Shown: positions 26,491 to 35,894, counted from the first letter of the stretch. The stretch is DNA of 64,000 bases from Polyangiaceae bacterium (GCA_965222375.1 CBDCTZ010000014.1:800001-864000); one strand, 5' to 3'. The notes: generated by a model not told the origin, from the sequence alone. Numbers and translations are program-made.

Positions 26491-27884
26491 GCCGGTTGTC
26501 CAGACGTCAGTTCGACCGCGTAGGGCGCGAGGCTGCGGGTCCGCTCGACGTGGGGCAAGTCGCGGTGGCAGCGGCCTTGGTCGCCATGGCTTTCGCGTGC
26601 GATCGGGAGACTCCACCGACCACGCCCGCTCCACTCCCGCCCCCGCGGTCGTCGATGCCCGCGGCCACCGTCGCGCCCAGCTCGGCGGTGGTTCCTGCGC
26701 CTCAACCCGACGCCGCTGCGGTCGCGTCACACAACCCGTATCGAGCCGTCGACCTCGACGCGCTGAAGCAGCTCGAGCAAGAGGCTCGCGGCAACGCTTC
26801 AGATGCCCTCGTGGTTCGCCAAGACGGCAAACCCCTGCTGGAGGCATGGCTGTCGCCGCGTCGGTCGCCGATTCAGAGCATGAGCATCACCAAGAGCGTG
26901 CTGGCCTTGGTGGTTGGCTGTCTGGTCGACCAGGGTAAGCTGCGAGCAGAACAGTCGGTTTCTGAGCATTTCCCGGTTTGGAAAAACTCTTCCAAGGACA
27001 AAGTCCTCGTCTCCCATCTGCTCACCCATTCCAGCGGTTTGGATGAAGGCAAGAGCACCGCGCAGATTTACCGGGCCAAGAGCTTCATCGATCACGCGCT
27101 TTCCTCGAAACTGATGGCGCCCCCTGGCACGCACTACGAATACGGCAACCGCGCCAGCAACCTGCTTGCGGGCGTGATCGCTCGCGCTGCGGGCAAGAGC
27201 ACGGAGCTTGCGACCAAGGAGTGTCTATTCGAACCTCTGGGCATCAAGCGTTTCGTGTGGAGTGTCGACTCCCGGGGCCAGGCTCATGGCTTGGCGGGTC
27301 TGCACCTCTTGCCGAAGGATCTGGCGAAGCTGGGCGAACTCGTCCTCGGTCAGGGTCGTTATGCCGATCGCCGCGTACTCAGTGCGGCCTGGGTCAAACG
27401 CGTCACCGAGACGCCAGCACCCATCGAACCTCCGCACAAACCCATGGCGGCCCTGTGGTGGCGTTTGCCCGATCGGACCGAGCGGGTCATCGACGAGGCG
27501 ATCCTCGCCAAGTGGCGTTCCGCGGGCGTGCCCGAGGAGGTCGTGCGGCGGGTGACACCGCTCAAGGGCAAGCCCTTCGTGTCTCAATTGGGGTTCGTTC
27601 GAGCTTTGCGGGAAGCCTTCGGCGGCGATCGTAATTTGAAAGTGCTCAGCGAAGAGGTCTACGCCAAGAAACTGCCGGATGCGCGCTTCAGCTACGGGCG
27701 CTTCGTCGGCACCTACGCTCACGGTTCTTTGGGGCAGTTCCTGGTCATCGTACCGGAACAGAAGCTCGTCGCCGTGCGCATGCGTCGCCCGCCCAAGAAG
27801 CGCAGAGAACGAAAGAACGTGGAAAAGGCGTTTCCAGATTTTCCTGATCGCGTTCTGGCCCTGACCCGAGCCCCAGTCGACTAG
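26487..27884 (+). CDS. Serine hydrolase, beta-lactamase (class C-like) family
   Basis: SITK (SxxK), HLLTHSSG, YEYGN and LFEPLGI. GTGA overlap start is inferred. Confidence 0.88.
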   Translation: MSRLSRRQFDRVGREAAGPLDVGQVAVAAALVAMAFACDRETPPTTPAPLPPPRSSMPAATVAPSSAVVPAPQPDAAAVASHNPYRAVDLDALKQLEQEARGNASDALVVRQDGKPLLEAWLSPRRSPIQSMSITKSVLALVVGCLVDQGKLRAEQSVSEHFPVWKNSSKDKVLVSHLLTHSSGLDEGKSTAQIYRAKSFIDHALSSKLMAPPGTHYEYGNRASNLLAGVIARAAGKSTELATKECLFEPLGIKRFVWSVDSRGQAHGLAGLHLLPKDLAKLGELVLGQGRYADRRVLSAAWVKRVTETPAPIEPPHKPMAALWWRLPDRTERVIDEAILAKWRSAGVPEEVVRRVTPLKGKPFVSQLGFVRALREAFGGDRNLKVLSEEVYAKKLPDARFSYGRFVGTYAHGSLGQFLVIVPEQKLVAVRMRRPPKKRRERKNVEKAFPDFPDRVLALTRAPVD

Positions 27885-28378
27885 AGATCACAGCGCGCCA
27901 ACAGGCCGTCCCAGAAGGCGCCGGGGTCTGCGGGGGTGCAGCTCTCCAGGCCGTCGCATTCGGCTTCCGAGCGACACACGTGCAGCTCCTTGCTCGAGAA
28001 GAAACAGTTTTTCGGATCTCTGCATTCGGACCCGCCAGCATTTGCGTTGCCAAAAGCACAACACACCTTTCCGCTGGGGCAGTCCTCGGGGCCGTCACAA
28101 CCAAAGGCGTAGGTTGGGCAGGCGGACAGGGCAGTGCAGCGAGCGTTTCCGAGGGTCGGCCCCTGCTGGTCGGCGCAGCACACCTCGCCGGCTCCGCATG
28201 CGCAGCCCGCCGCACCCGGGCAGGTCACGAAGCCGTCCGTGGGTGTTCGCCAATTGTACTGGCCGCACTCCTGGCGACCATTACCGCCCAAATTGGCGTC
28301 CTCGCTGCCACAAGCCGACGACGCCACGGTCGCGACCAATGCCGCCCCGTAACCGAGAGCGCGAAAAAGGTTCTTCAT
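27881..28378 (-). CDS. Cys-rich lipoprotein
   Basis: Lipobox SSAC; CDGPEDCPSGKVCC module; downstream of the ECF/anti-sigma pair. Confidence 0.8.
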   Translation of the reverse strand: MKNLFRALGYGAALVATVASSACGSEDANLGGNGRQECGQYNWRTPTDGFVTCPGAAGCACGAGEVCCADQQGPTLGNARCTALSACPTYAFGCDGPEDCPSGKVCCAFGNANAGGSECRDPKNCFFSSKELHVCRSEAECDGLESCTPADPGAFWDGLLARCDL

Positions 28379-28430
28379 GGTCGGGAGTGACGCGAGCATC
28401 GCGGTTTGATCACGCATTTTGTCCGCAGGT

Positions 28431-29204
28431 TCACTTTTTGTCGATTTTGCGCGCGAGCGCCCGGGCTTCCGGCGCCAGGGTTCCCGAGGGGAAGCGCGCG
28501 AAATAGTCGTTCAATGCCGCCCGGGCCGCCGGGCGATCCCCGCGACGAAGGGCGCCGCGGGCTCGATCCAGCGCGGCGATCTCGGCGGCGAGCCCCGGCG
28601 CTGCTGCGGGCTTGGGCGGCGCGGGCGAGGGAGTGCTGCCCGCGGCTGGTGGCCTGGGGGGCCGCTTCGGGGGGGCAAGCGTCGGTGGGTCCGCTGTTGC
28701 CGGCGGCGGCGCGGTCTGCGCTGGCGTCGGTGTTGGCGCAGCGGGCGCTTCGACAACGAAGATCGCACTAGGCACCGGCTGGGCGCGTTCCAACGGCCGC
28801 GTGATCGGCTCGGGCCAGGCCACGATGGCCGCAGCTCCGACGACCGCACCGGCGAGCACCAGGGCTCCCAACTTCGCTCCCGCAAAACCCGTCGCAGCCG
28901 GCGCAATGCTCGCCTGAGCCCCGGCGCCCAGAGCGCCACCGGCGTTTCCGGGCAGAGGTGCCGCGTCGCCACCTGGTAGCTCGCCCTGCCCGCCAAGATC
29001 GCCCCCGCCCGGTTCGCCGCCGCCTGAAGCATCACTGCCGCCCCCGTCGCCGTCGGGACCACCCGGGGGCAGGGGATCGATGCCCAGCGCTGCCAAGAGC
29101 CGCCCCGCGCGCCCCTCGTGTTCCGGATCGTCCACGGCAGCGCGCAACAACGCGAGCTCCGTGGCGTCGTCGCTGGATGCGAGCAAGCGCTCGGGATCAG
29201 TCAT
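28431..29204 (-). CDS. Probable anti-sigma-factor-like membrane protein (myxobacterial type)
   Basis: MTDPERLL...ELALLRAA start, one TM, Pro-rich linker, and C-terminal LAAEIAALDRAR...YFARFPSGTLAPEA; overlaps the sigma gene. Confidence 0.75.
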   Translation of the reverse strand: MTDPERLLASSDDATELALLRAAVDDPEHEGRAGRLLAALGIDPLPPGGPDGDGGGSDASGGGEPGGGDLGGQGELPGGDAAPLPGNAGGALGAGAQASIAPAATGFAGAKLGALVLAGAVVGAAAIVAWPEPITRPLERAQPVPSAIFVVEAPAAPTPTPAQTAPPPATADPPTLAPPKRPPRPPAAGSTPSPAPPKPAAAPGLAAEIAALDRARGALRRGDRPAARAALNDYFARFPSGTLAPEARALARKIDKK

Positions 29205-29893
29205 GAGCCACCTCCAAAACCGTCTCTCGCTCGCAAGCGTTTCGCCCCTGCCTGAAACATCTCCCGACCCCGCCGAAGCCGAGAGGCCACTGTGCCCGGT
29301 GGGGTCTCCAGCGCTTCGGCGATTTCTGCCATGGTGAGGGACTCGATTTCATACAGCACGAACACCGTGCGGATATCTTCTGGCATCGACTCCAGCACTT
29401 CGTCGAGCAGCGCCCGCGCCCGCTTCTGATTGACCAATTCGTCCGGCGATGGCTGTCCGTCGCTGAGGGCAGCCGCCGCGTCAGGATCCGACCCGAGCTC
29501 ACTCTTGGCTTCCTTGCGTCGCGTAGCCTTGGCGGTGCGAGTTGCGACGCTGTACAGGAACGCTCGCTCGTCGCGCAGCTCGTCCAACTGCTTCAGCGCC
29601 ACCATGAAGACCTGCTGGGCGGCGTCGTCGATGGCCGAGCGTGGCACCCCAGCCGCCCAAAGCACCCGACTCACGAACCCCGTGTGGGTCATGACGAAGT
29701 CGCGGGCACGAGCCTGCTGCACAGCTCCGGGAGGGGGCGGGGGCGACATGGGACGGGGTGCCGGGTGAGCGGCCGCGACGAGCATACCGACCAGGAGTGA
29801 CCCCACGGACCCGGTTTGATCACCAAATCCGCAAGCCGCCTCCGATCGCCTCCGATCAGGGGTTTTTGGGGATGTGCCGAAACCTGCCGTCAT
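29201..29893 (-). CDS. ECF-type RNA polymerase sigma-70 factor
   Basis: DDAAQQVF (region 2); VFVLYEIESLTMAEIAEALETPPGTVASRLRRGR (region 4). The true start is probably downstream. Confidence 0.93.
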   Translation of the reverse strand: MTAGFGTSPKTPDRRRSEAACGFGDQTGSVGSLLVGMLVAAAHPAPRPMSPPPPPGAVQQARARDFVMTHTGFVSRVLWAAGVPRSAIDDAAQQVFMVALKQLDELRDERAFLYSVATRTAKATRRKEAKSELGSDPDAAAALSDGQPSPDELVNQKRARALLDEVLESMPEDIRTVFVLYEIESLTMAEIAEALETPPGTVASRLRRGREMFQAGAKRLRARDGFGGGS

Positions 29894-30112
29894 CGACAGT
29901 TCGTCGCGGTGCGAGGTGGGGCATCACCCGCAGGAAGTCGGCTGGCCTCCCCAGGGGAGGGACTGTCCGTGCCTGAGGCGCGGCGCACCTTCGCTGGCCG
30001 TCGCTGGCGAAGGTTGAAGCTCCCGGCGTCAGCTGAGACCGGCACACTCCTCCGCCGCATCACGGCAGGCTGACAGGGGAATGCCGGCCTACGACAAACT
30101 GCACACACAAGA

Positions 30113-30341
30113 ATCCCAGGGTGGGAGGACAACTTGTTCGGCCCACTGCAGATTCAGTTGCTCGATCTTTGTACGGAGGCCCACCCCGGGTGGGACAACG
30201 CGTCGGACGACCGCGATGCTGAGTTGCGAAAGAAAGCGCCGGCGACTGGCGCCGTCTCGTCTGGTGGGGCTGCGGTGCGGGCGGGCCTTTGGGGGCCCGC
30301 CACATCCGCACCTCCGCCGGGGCGCCGGCGCCGTGCGTGTC
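30113..30341 (-). repeat. Left copy of long inverted repeat flanking the HNH gene
   Basis: Its reverse complement aligns with 32032-32265 (62/65 identical over the inner 65 nt). Weaker homology extends to about 30060. Confidence 0.9.
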
Positions 30342-30433
30342 AGGGGAAGAGCGCGCAGTGCGAGCCGCGCGCCTGGGACTCGCACAAATGGGAGCCGAGC
30401 GAGTCAAAGCTTTCTGTACGTTCGCTGCGGCCG

Positions 30434-31792
30434 TCAGTCGCATAGCTGCGGCGCGATGGGTTCTTGCGCAGGAGCGCGGCGCGGCCCAGCGTGAGCCCTC
30501 GACTCAGCTGGCTTCGCGGCGGCGCCAGGGTGCGGTGCGATCTGCTTGACTGGATGCAGCAAGACGACGGCCTGTTGCAGCAGTGCTTCGACCTCGGGCT
30601 CAATCCCGCGCTCTCGGAGCGTGTCCAGTGCGGAGTTGACCTGCTTGCGTTTGAATCCGAGCCCAACCAACACTTTTCCCGCTTTCGAATACGCTTCGCG
30701 CTCTCGCTGCTTGCGCCGGATATGCTCCTCGCCGAACTCTCGCCTGGCCGCGTCTTGGTTGTGGGGCTTGCAGAGCAGGCAAAGGTTCTCCGCAGTGGGC
30801 GGGCCACCACGCGCATGTGGGTCCACGTGTTCCAGAGTCACATAGCGTTTCTCACTGCAGCGCCGTCCGTGCGCGTCGACAAAGGTGCATTGGGACTCGT
30901 CGCGCTCCCAGACCTCTCGAGCCACCGAGACCGGCACGTGTCGTGAGTCTTCTTTGAGCGGCCGGAGCTTGCGGGGCTTGTCGCTCACTGCGCCCTGTCG
31001 GCGCTTGGTCTCCTTCGCGATTAGCTCGTCCAACGCACGCTCAAAGAGCTCTCCCAGGTTCCCCGGCGCCACAGCGTGGCTGAGCAAGTTCTGGGCGCGC
31101 TCGAGCTTCGCGTGAAGCTCCGCGCTAGCGGTGAATTCCACGCGGTAACTCTGCGCGGAGAGCGGCTGCACTCGAGCCTGTTTTCGTCCGCTTCCGCGGC
31201 ATCCACTCGGCCCAGGATAGGTAGCGCCGCTCGCGGTTCCGGCGCCGTCGGGGCAATCGCTTGTCCCAGGATAGGTAACTCTGTCAGCCGCGTCTGCAGG
31301 ACCTTCATTCTTCGCGGGGTCAGTGGCGACTGCACCTATCCCGGGACAAGCTGATCCCGCCCCGAGCGGCGTGATGCTGGCCAGGACGTCAGGCCTGGGA
31401 AACCATCGAGCGAGCACGAGTTCGAGCTCACGCCGGGTTTTGCCGCGAGCCTCGGTCAGCAGCGACTCCACATTGTCTTCGGTTAGATGACCCGAGAGCA
31501 GGAAGAGCCCGGTCAGGTGAATCGCCCCGCTCTTCAGCTCATCGAGGATCTGCGGCAGCTCCAGATACAGGCGAGCTACGCGTATTCGTTTCAGAGCAGC
31601 TTGCTCCGAGTAGCCAAGGCGCTCGACGCAGAACGCAAACAGCGAGGAGCAGGCCTCCTGGAGGTAGAGTTTTCGACGCTCAACCTCCGCCAAATACACG
31701 ATGACCTCAGCGGTCGCCCGTCGCTCCTCGGAGCAGAGCACCGGCAGCCGCGCGAGGAGTTGTTCGTTGCTGAGAGAGTCGAGAGTTTCCAT
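30434..31792 (-). CDS. HNH endonuclease with long helical N-terminal (DUF222-like) region
   Basis: VWERDESQCTF...RRC...LEHVDPHARGG...NLCLLCKPHN; N-terminal LSNEQLL...YLAEVERRKLY...SSLFAFC; RuvA-C-like tail LVGLGFKRKQV. Confidence 0.92.
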   Translation of the reverse strand: METLDSLSNEQLLARLPVLCSEERRATAEVIVYLAEVERRKLYLQEACSSLFAFCVERLGYSEQAALKRIRVARLYLELPQILDELKSGAIHLTGLFLLSGHLTEDNVESLLTEARGKTRRELELVLARWFPRPDVLASITPLGAGSACPGIGAVATDPAKNEGPADAADRVTYPGTSDCPDGAGTASGATYPGPSGCRGSGRKQARVQPLSAQSYRVEFTASAELHAKLERAQNLLSHAVAPGNLGELFERALDELIAKETKRRQGAVSDKPRKLRPLKEDSRHVPVSVAREVWERDESQCTFVDAHGRRCSEKRYVTLEHVDPHARGGPPTAENLCLLCKPHNQDAARREFGEEHIRRKQREREAYSKAGKVLVGLGFKRKQVNSALDTLRERGIEPEVEALLQQAVVLLHPVKQIAPHPGAAAKPAESRAHAGPRRAPAQEPIAPQLCD

Positions 31793-32031
31793 GTTTCTTT
31801 CGTAACATGGGGATGTTTTCCTTCACTGCTGGCTCACAGCCCTCGTTTCGGTGATGCGGCCACCCGCGAAGTCGTTTCGAAGTCAAAGCGCCCTTGGGCT
31901 TCGATCTCGCGCGCCCACCGCGCACTTGAATTGCTGGTCTCGAAACTCGAAACGACGTCGCCCAGGCACCCGTCAAGCACAAAGTGCCTCACACTTTCAG
32001 ATAGTTTTCGCCAACGTCACGACATTGCGCA

Positions 32032-32265
32032 GACAACCTCAGCGCCGGCGCACCGGCGGAGGTGCGGATGTGGCGGGCCCCCCAAGGCCCGCCCGCATCG
32101 CAGCCCTGTCTAGTCGACACGACCTCAGTCGCCGGCGCGAATCTCCGCAACTCAGCACCGCGGTCGGCCGACAAAGTGTTCCCGCCCCGATGGGTGGGCG
32201 CCGTACAGATTTCGCGCAACTGAAGTCTCCAGCGTGCCGACCAAGTTGCCCACCCGCCCTGGGAC
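32032..32265 (+). repeat. Right copy of long inverted repeat flanking the HNH gene
   Basis: Matches the reverse complement of 30113-30341. Weaker homology extends to about 32310. Confidence 0.9.
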
Positions 32266-32354
32266 CTTGGGCTCAGCACGTAGAACCAGTCCTCTCCCTA
32301 TCAGCCCACGTACAACGCCGACTCGGCCGTCAGCCGCAGGAACCCAGCGCCCTC

Positions 32355-32419
32355 GCGTGGCCTATTTCGAGAGTAGTGGCCCTGGTTGCGAAAGCGATGC
32401 GACCCAAAAAAAACAAATC
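32355..32419. repeat. Single arm of the dispersed REP/MITE-like family
   Basis: 28/32 identical to 8728-8759, followed by a shared GCGACCCAAAA. Confidence 0.7.
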
Positions 32420-32697
32420 ATCCAATCAAGCGCCGCGTGCGAAGTCTGGGCTCGACCGAGCGCGCCCATCCATGCAGCTGCATGAGTGCCCAAAGCAAAG
32501 CAGCGCCATTCCGTTCGTGCGCCAGCATCGGCACGGTGGTTCCAAAACCATCCAATTAGGCGCCGCGTGCGCAGGTTGAGCACGCACGAGCGCGTCGACC
32601 CGCGCAGCGGAGTGAGTATGGGAATCCGCGAGTGGCAGCGGTCGCCACCTTGCCCCTCGGCGCCCTCCCCCGCAATGCTCCGGCGACATCCAAGGTG

Positions 32698-33132
32698 TCA
32701 CGGCAGCAGCTTGGGGCCATAGCTGCCACAACCCGTGATTTCCGCCATCGCCTGGGTCTCGATGCCGCCGCCGCGGCAATCGAGGTCCAGCGTCACCTTC
32801 AACGCGCCAGGGTCCGATACGGGGCCGGAAAAATGAATGCTACCGCAGCCCCGACCCGCATTGAGCGGGAAGTCGTGCCCATCGCTGAAGCTGACCGCAA
32901 CTCCATCCGCGTCGCTGAAGGATAGGCGCCGCTTGGCGGCATCGACCAAGGTGACCGACCGCGTCACGCTCGCGGCGCCACCGCCCATGTCCATCTTCAC
33001 TTCGGCGACGTTGCACTGCTCGGCGGTGAAAGGAGCTCCGTTGACGGTGATGGTTCCGTTGACTCCATGCTTCGACTTGCAGGCTAAGAGTGCACCCAGC
33101 AGTAGCGCGACAGTGCAGAGTTCGGTCTTCAT
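32698..33132 (-). CDS. Hypothetical lipoprotein
   Basis: MKTELCTVALLLGALLAC lipobox; ATGA overlap with the upstream gene. Confidence 0.75.
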   Translation of the reverse strand: MKTELCTVALLLGALLACKSKHGVNGTITVNGAPFTAEQCNVAEVKMDMGGGAASVTRSVTLVDAAKRRLSFSDADGVAVSFSDGHDFPLNAGRGCGSIHFSGPVSDPGALKVTLDLDCRGGGIETQAMAEITGCGSYGPKLLP

Positions 33133-33515
33133 GTCGCTGTCACCCGGCTGCTGAGGCCCGCGAGCACCAGAACCATGGCGCCAAAGGCCGTCAGCCACAG
33201 GCCCGCGAAGGTCGTGCGCCATAGCAGGTAGACGAGTTCGAAAAGCGCCCAGACGAAAAAGCCGCCACCCACCCAAACGCCCAGGTTGGCGGCGAGTCGC
33301 CGGTGGAAGAAGGACGCCAGCAGCGCGGCGATGGCGCCTACGGGAAGCAAGTACAGGGCATAGAACGCCACGCCCCGGGACTTCATGGTGGAGATCAGCT
33401 GCCAGCCGTCGATGAACACGCCCGCGCCTAGGCCGCGGAGGCCCAGCCAACCCATACAAAATCCTACCAAAACCAGTGCGGCGCCAGCGAGGACGCCGAT
33501 GTTCGTGCGTTGCAT
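33129..33515 (-). CDS. Four-TM membrane protein
   Basis: Four hydrophobic segments; divergent from a LysR gene. Confidence 0.75.
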   Translation of the reverse strand: MQRTNIGVLAGAALVLVGFCMGWLGLRGLGAGVFIDGWQLISTMKSRGVAFYALYLLPVGAIAALLASFFHRRLAANLGVWVGGGFFVWALFELVYLLWRTTFAGLWLTAFGAMVLVLAGLSSRVTAT

Positions 33516-33552
33516 GGCCCTATCTACGCAGGCTCACGTCGAATCCTCCTGG

Positions 33553-33586
33553 ATTAATAATGCCACTATTAATAAGCTATACTTAT
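33553..33586. promoter_or_regulatory. LysR-type operator region (two palindromes)
   Basis: ATTAATA-N7-TATTAAT (33553-33573) and ATAAG-N5-CTTAT (33572-33586, contains T-N11-A), the latter overlapping the LysR start codon. Confidence 0.7.
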
Positions 33587-34454
33587 GAATCTGGGACGCC
33601 TGGAAGGCTTCTACTGGGTCGCCAAGGAGCGTGGCTACACTCGAGCCGCCAAGGCCTTCCCGTATCCCATCAGCCAGCCCGGCGTGTACCAACAGGTGAA
33701 GAAGCTGGAGGCCGAGTTGGGCGCGGCGCTGTTTGAACGCGTTGCGAAAGACGAAGTGTGCCTCACCGCAGCCGGGGAGCGCTTGTTCGGCTTTTGCCGG
33801 CCCTTCTTCGAGCAGTTGCCGCGCATAGTGGACGCGATCCGCAGCGAGCGCATGGGAGGCTTGCTTCGAATTGACGCTTCTGGATTGGTGCTACGCGGGC
33901 TGCTGCCGGGTTGGGTGCGTGAGCTTCGCCGGCTTCGACCGGACATCTTGGTGGACGTGCAGGAGCTTCAGGTCGTCGACTTCGAGCGTTTGCGGGTCGG
34001 GGCAGCGCATCTGATCGTCGATCATTGCGAGCAATTCCCGAGTGACGTCGAGCATCGCAAGGTCGCTACGAGCTACGCGTTTCTGGTCGTGCCCACCGAG
34101 CACCGCAGCGTGCGCCGCGGAGATCTTGCCGGCCTTGCTGAGCTGCCCTTCGTCAGCTATCACCCCACGCTTCCTCACTACGGCCTACAGATGCGCGCCC
34201 TCGAAGAGCACGTCGGCGTTCCCCGTCGCACCGTCTCGGCCAGCTCCGTGGACGCCATTTTGGCCTTCGTGGCCGCGGGGCTCGGGTTTTCGGTCGTTCC
34301 CTGGCTCGATCGCCGGGGTCCGTCTGTTGTCGGCGTAGCCTCCAAACGCATGACGGGGCCGGGCACGCGCTTTCCCATCGTGGCCATGTGGCGACGGGGA
34401 GAGCACCCCTTGGTCCAAAGTGCTCTGACTGCGATGCGCCCCGCTAAAGGATGA
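33585..34454 (+). CDS. LysR-family transcriptional regulator
   Basis: FYWVAKERGYTRAA...ISQPGVYQQVKKLEAELGAALFER. Confidence 0.95.
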   Translation: MNLGRLEGFYWVAKERGYTRAAKAFPYPISQPGVYQQVKKLEAELGAALFERVAKDEVCLTAAGERLFGFCRPFFEQLPRIVDAIRSERMGGLLRIDASGLVLRGLLPGWVRELRRLRPDILVDVQELQVVDFERLRVGAAHLIVDHCEQFPSDVEHRKVATSYAFLVVPTEHRSVRRGDLAGLAELPFVSYHPTLPHYGLQMRALEEHVGVPRRTVSASSVDAILAFVAAGLGFSVVPWLDRRGPSVVGVASKRMTGPGTRFPIVAMWRRGEHPLVQSALTAMRPAKG

Positions 34455-35373
34455 AGAAGACGGCTGCCAGCGCCGCCCGGGCGCCGGCACTGGGCGTTTC
34501 GAACACGCGCTCTCCCGTATCGAAACTGAAGCTGTGGCGACCCAGAGGTAGCAGCAGAAACAACTCTGCACTCAGGGCAAACCTCGGCGTGACGACAAAG
34601 CGTCCCCGGGTGCCCGCCCCAACGGCCAGGGTCACTCGCGAGGAATCCTTTGGAAAGCTGACGCCGCGCGCCTCGGCGCTCAGGGATGCGATCTTGAAGC
34701 TGAGGCAGGGTACGAGCGAGAGATTAGTGCCGAAGCGCAGCGGGCACGCGTCGACGGCCGTGCCCCAAGTCGTCAGATCTGCCGAGCCTACGGAGCCCCG
34801 CGCCGTGGCCGAGTGGCGGTAGCCGTGAAGCACCATGGACGGAGCAAAACCCTCTCCGGGAGCCTCGAGGGTCAGCAGGCCGCCGATTCCCACGGCGCCA
34901 TCCGGACCCACCGTGGATCGATAGGGCAGCGACAGGCCCACGCCGAAACGAAGCGGCTCCCGCTTGATGGGTTTGGGTTTGGGGTTTGGGGAGGTTTGTG
35001 GCTCCTTGGCTGGCGGGGTCTGACCCGCCTCGCGCTCCACGTCTTCCACGGACAGCGCGGCGCTCAGGGCGAGGGCGTCGACAAGCTCGGAGCAAGAAGC
35101 GGCCGAGAGCGTACGCACGCGCAAAGTGTTGCGCGTCGTGACTCGCACGGTGCCGCGGTATTCAGCACCGCCCTTTTCCACGCGAACCTGCGTCGTGTAG
35201 GAGCCCGGCTGATCTTCGCCCAACCTCTGGCGCAACTTGCGATCGAAATCCTCGCGCGGCGGGCAGCCTTCGGCCACGACGTAGGTCTCGTCGCCTGCGG
35301 CAGCGCGAGGCGCGCAAAGCAGCGCACTGGCAAGGGCCAGTGCGGATAGGGCAATCCGCCCGCGACAGTGCAC
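34444..35373 (-). CDS. Exported myxobacterial hypothetical protein with beta-barrel-like C-terminus
   Basis: Signal peptide; CP...RTLSAASCSELVDALAL N-domain; amphipathic strands. Confidence 0.7.
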   Translation of the reverse strand: MHCRGRIALSALALASALLCAPRAAAGDETYVVAEGCPPREDFDRKLRQRLGEDQPGSYTTQVRVEKGGAEYRGTVRVTTRNTLRVRTLSAASCSELVDALALSAALSVEDVEREAGQTPPAKEPQTSPNPKPKPIKREPLRFGVGLSLPYRSTVGPDGAVGIGGLLTLEAPGEGFAPSMVLHGYRHSATARGSVGSADLTTWGTAVDACPLRFGTNLSLVPCLSFKIASLSAEARGVSFPKDSSRVTLAVGAGTRGRFVVTPRFALSAELFLLLPLGRHSFSFDTGERVFETPSAGARAALAAVFFIL

Positions 35374-35438
35374 GGCCGCAGGCTAGTACGCTCCATGGTG
35401 CGCTTGCACGCGGCGACTCTTCACCGTAGGCAGAGAGC

Positions 35439-35894
35439 ATGCGGCGCCGCGTCTTCCTGAGCTTGATCCTGCTGGCTGCGGCAAGCTGTCAGAAGAGCCC
35501 CCCGGGCGGAAGCGAGCCGACGGTGAGCGTGCCCACGGCGTCGGGACAGCCGAAAGCTGCAGAGCAGGCTGCGCCTCCGCGTCGCAAGCCCCCTCAGGTT
35601 CCGCGTAGCGAGTGGCGCGACGGACTCGAAGTGACGGCGGTGGGCCGGATTTCGGATACGCCCTGGCAGCATGTGATGGGGGTGGTGCCCGGGAAGAACG
35701 CTGAGTACTTCGATCTGGCCCCTGACGACCAGACCGTGATCTACGTCGCTGGCAAGCTGGAGTGCTCCGGCAAGCTCGAGGTCGAAGGGCGCGTAAAAGA
35801 AGTTTCCGCGGGAAGCAAGCGCCCGTCCAAGACGGGACCACAACGCTACACCGAGAATCACATCGACGTGACGCGCCACCGTTGCTTGCCCTGA
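35439..35894 (+). CDS. Hypothetical lipoprotein
   Basis: Lipobox AASC. Confidence 0.7.
   Translation: MRRRVFLSLILLAAASCQKSPPGGSEPTVSVPTASGQPKAAEQAAPPRRKPPQVPRSEWRDGLEVTAVGRISDTPWQHVMGVVPGKNAEYFDLAPDDQTVIYVAGKLECSGKLEVEGRVKEVSAGSKRPSKTGPQRYTENHIDVTRHRCLP

Noticed and set aside
30434..31792. IscB/Cas9-like nuclease or classical IS transposase
   Set aside because: No PLMP or RuvC motifs and no DDE or HUH motifs are visible; only an HNH domain is supported.
31851..32579. 242-aa ORF and other ORFs over the flanking repeats (e.g. 30060-30443)
   Set aside because: Arg/Pro/Ser-rich composition, and indels between the two repeat copies do not keep a frame, so they are probably non-coding.
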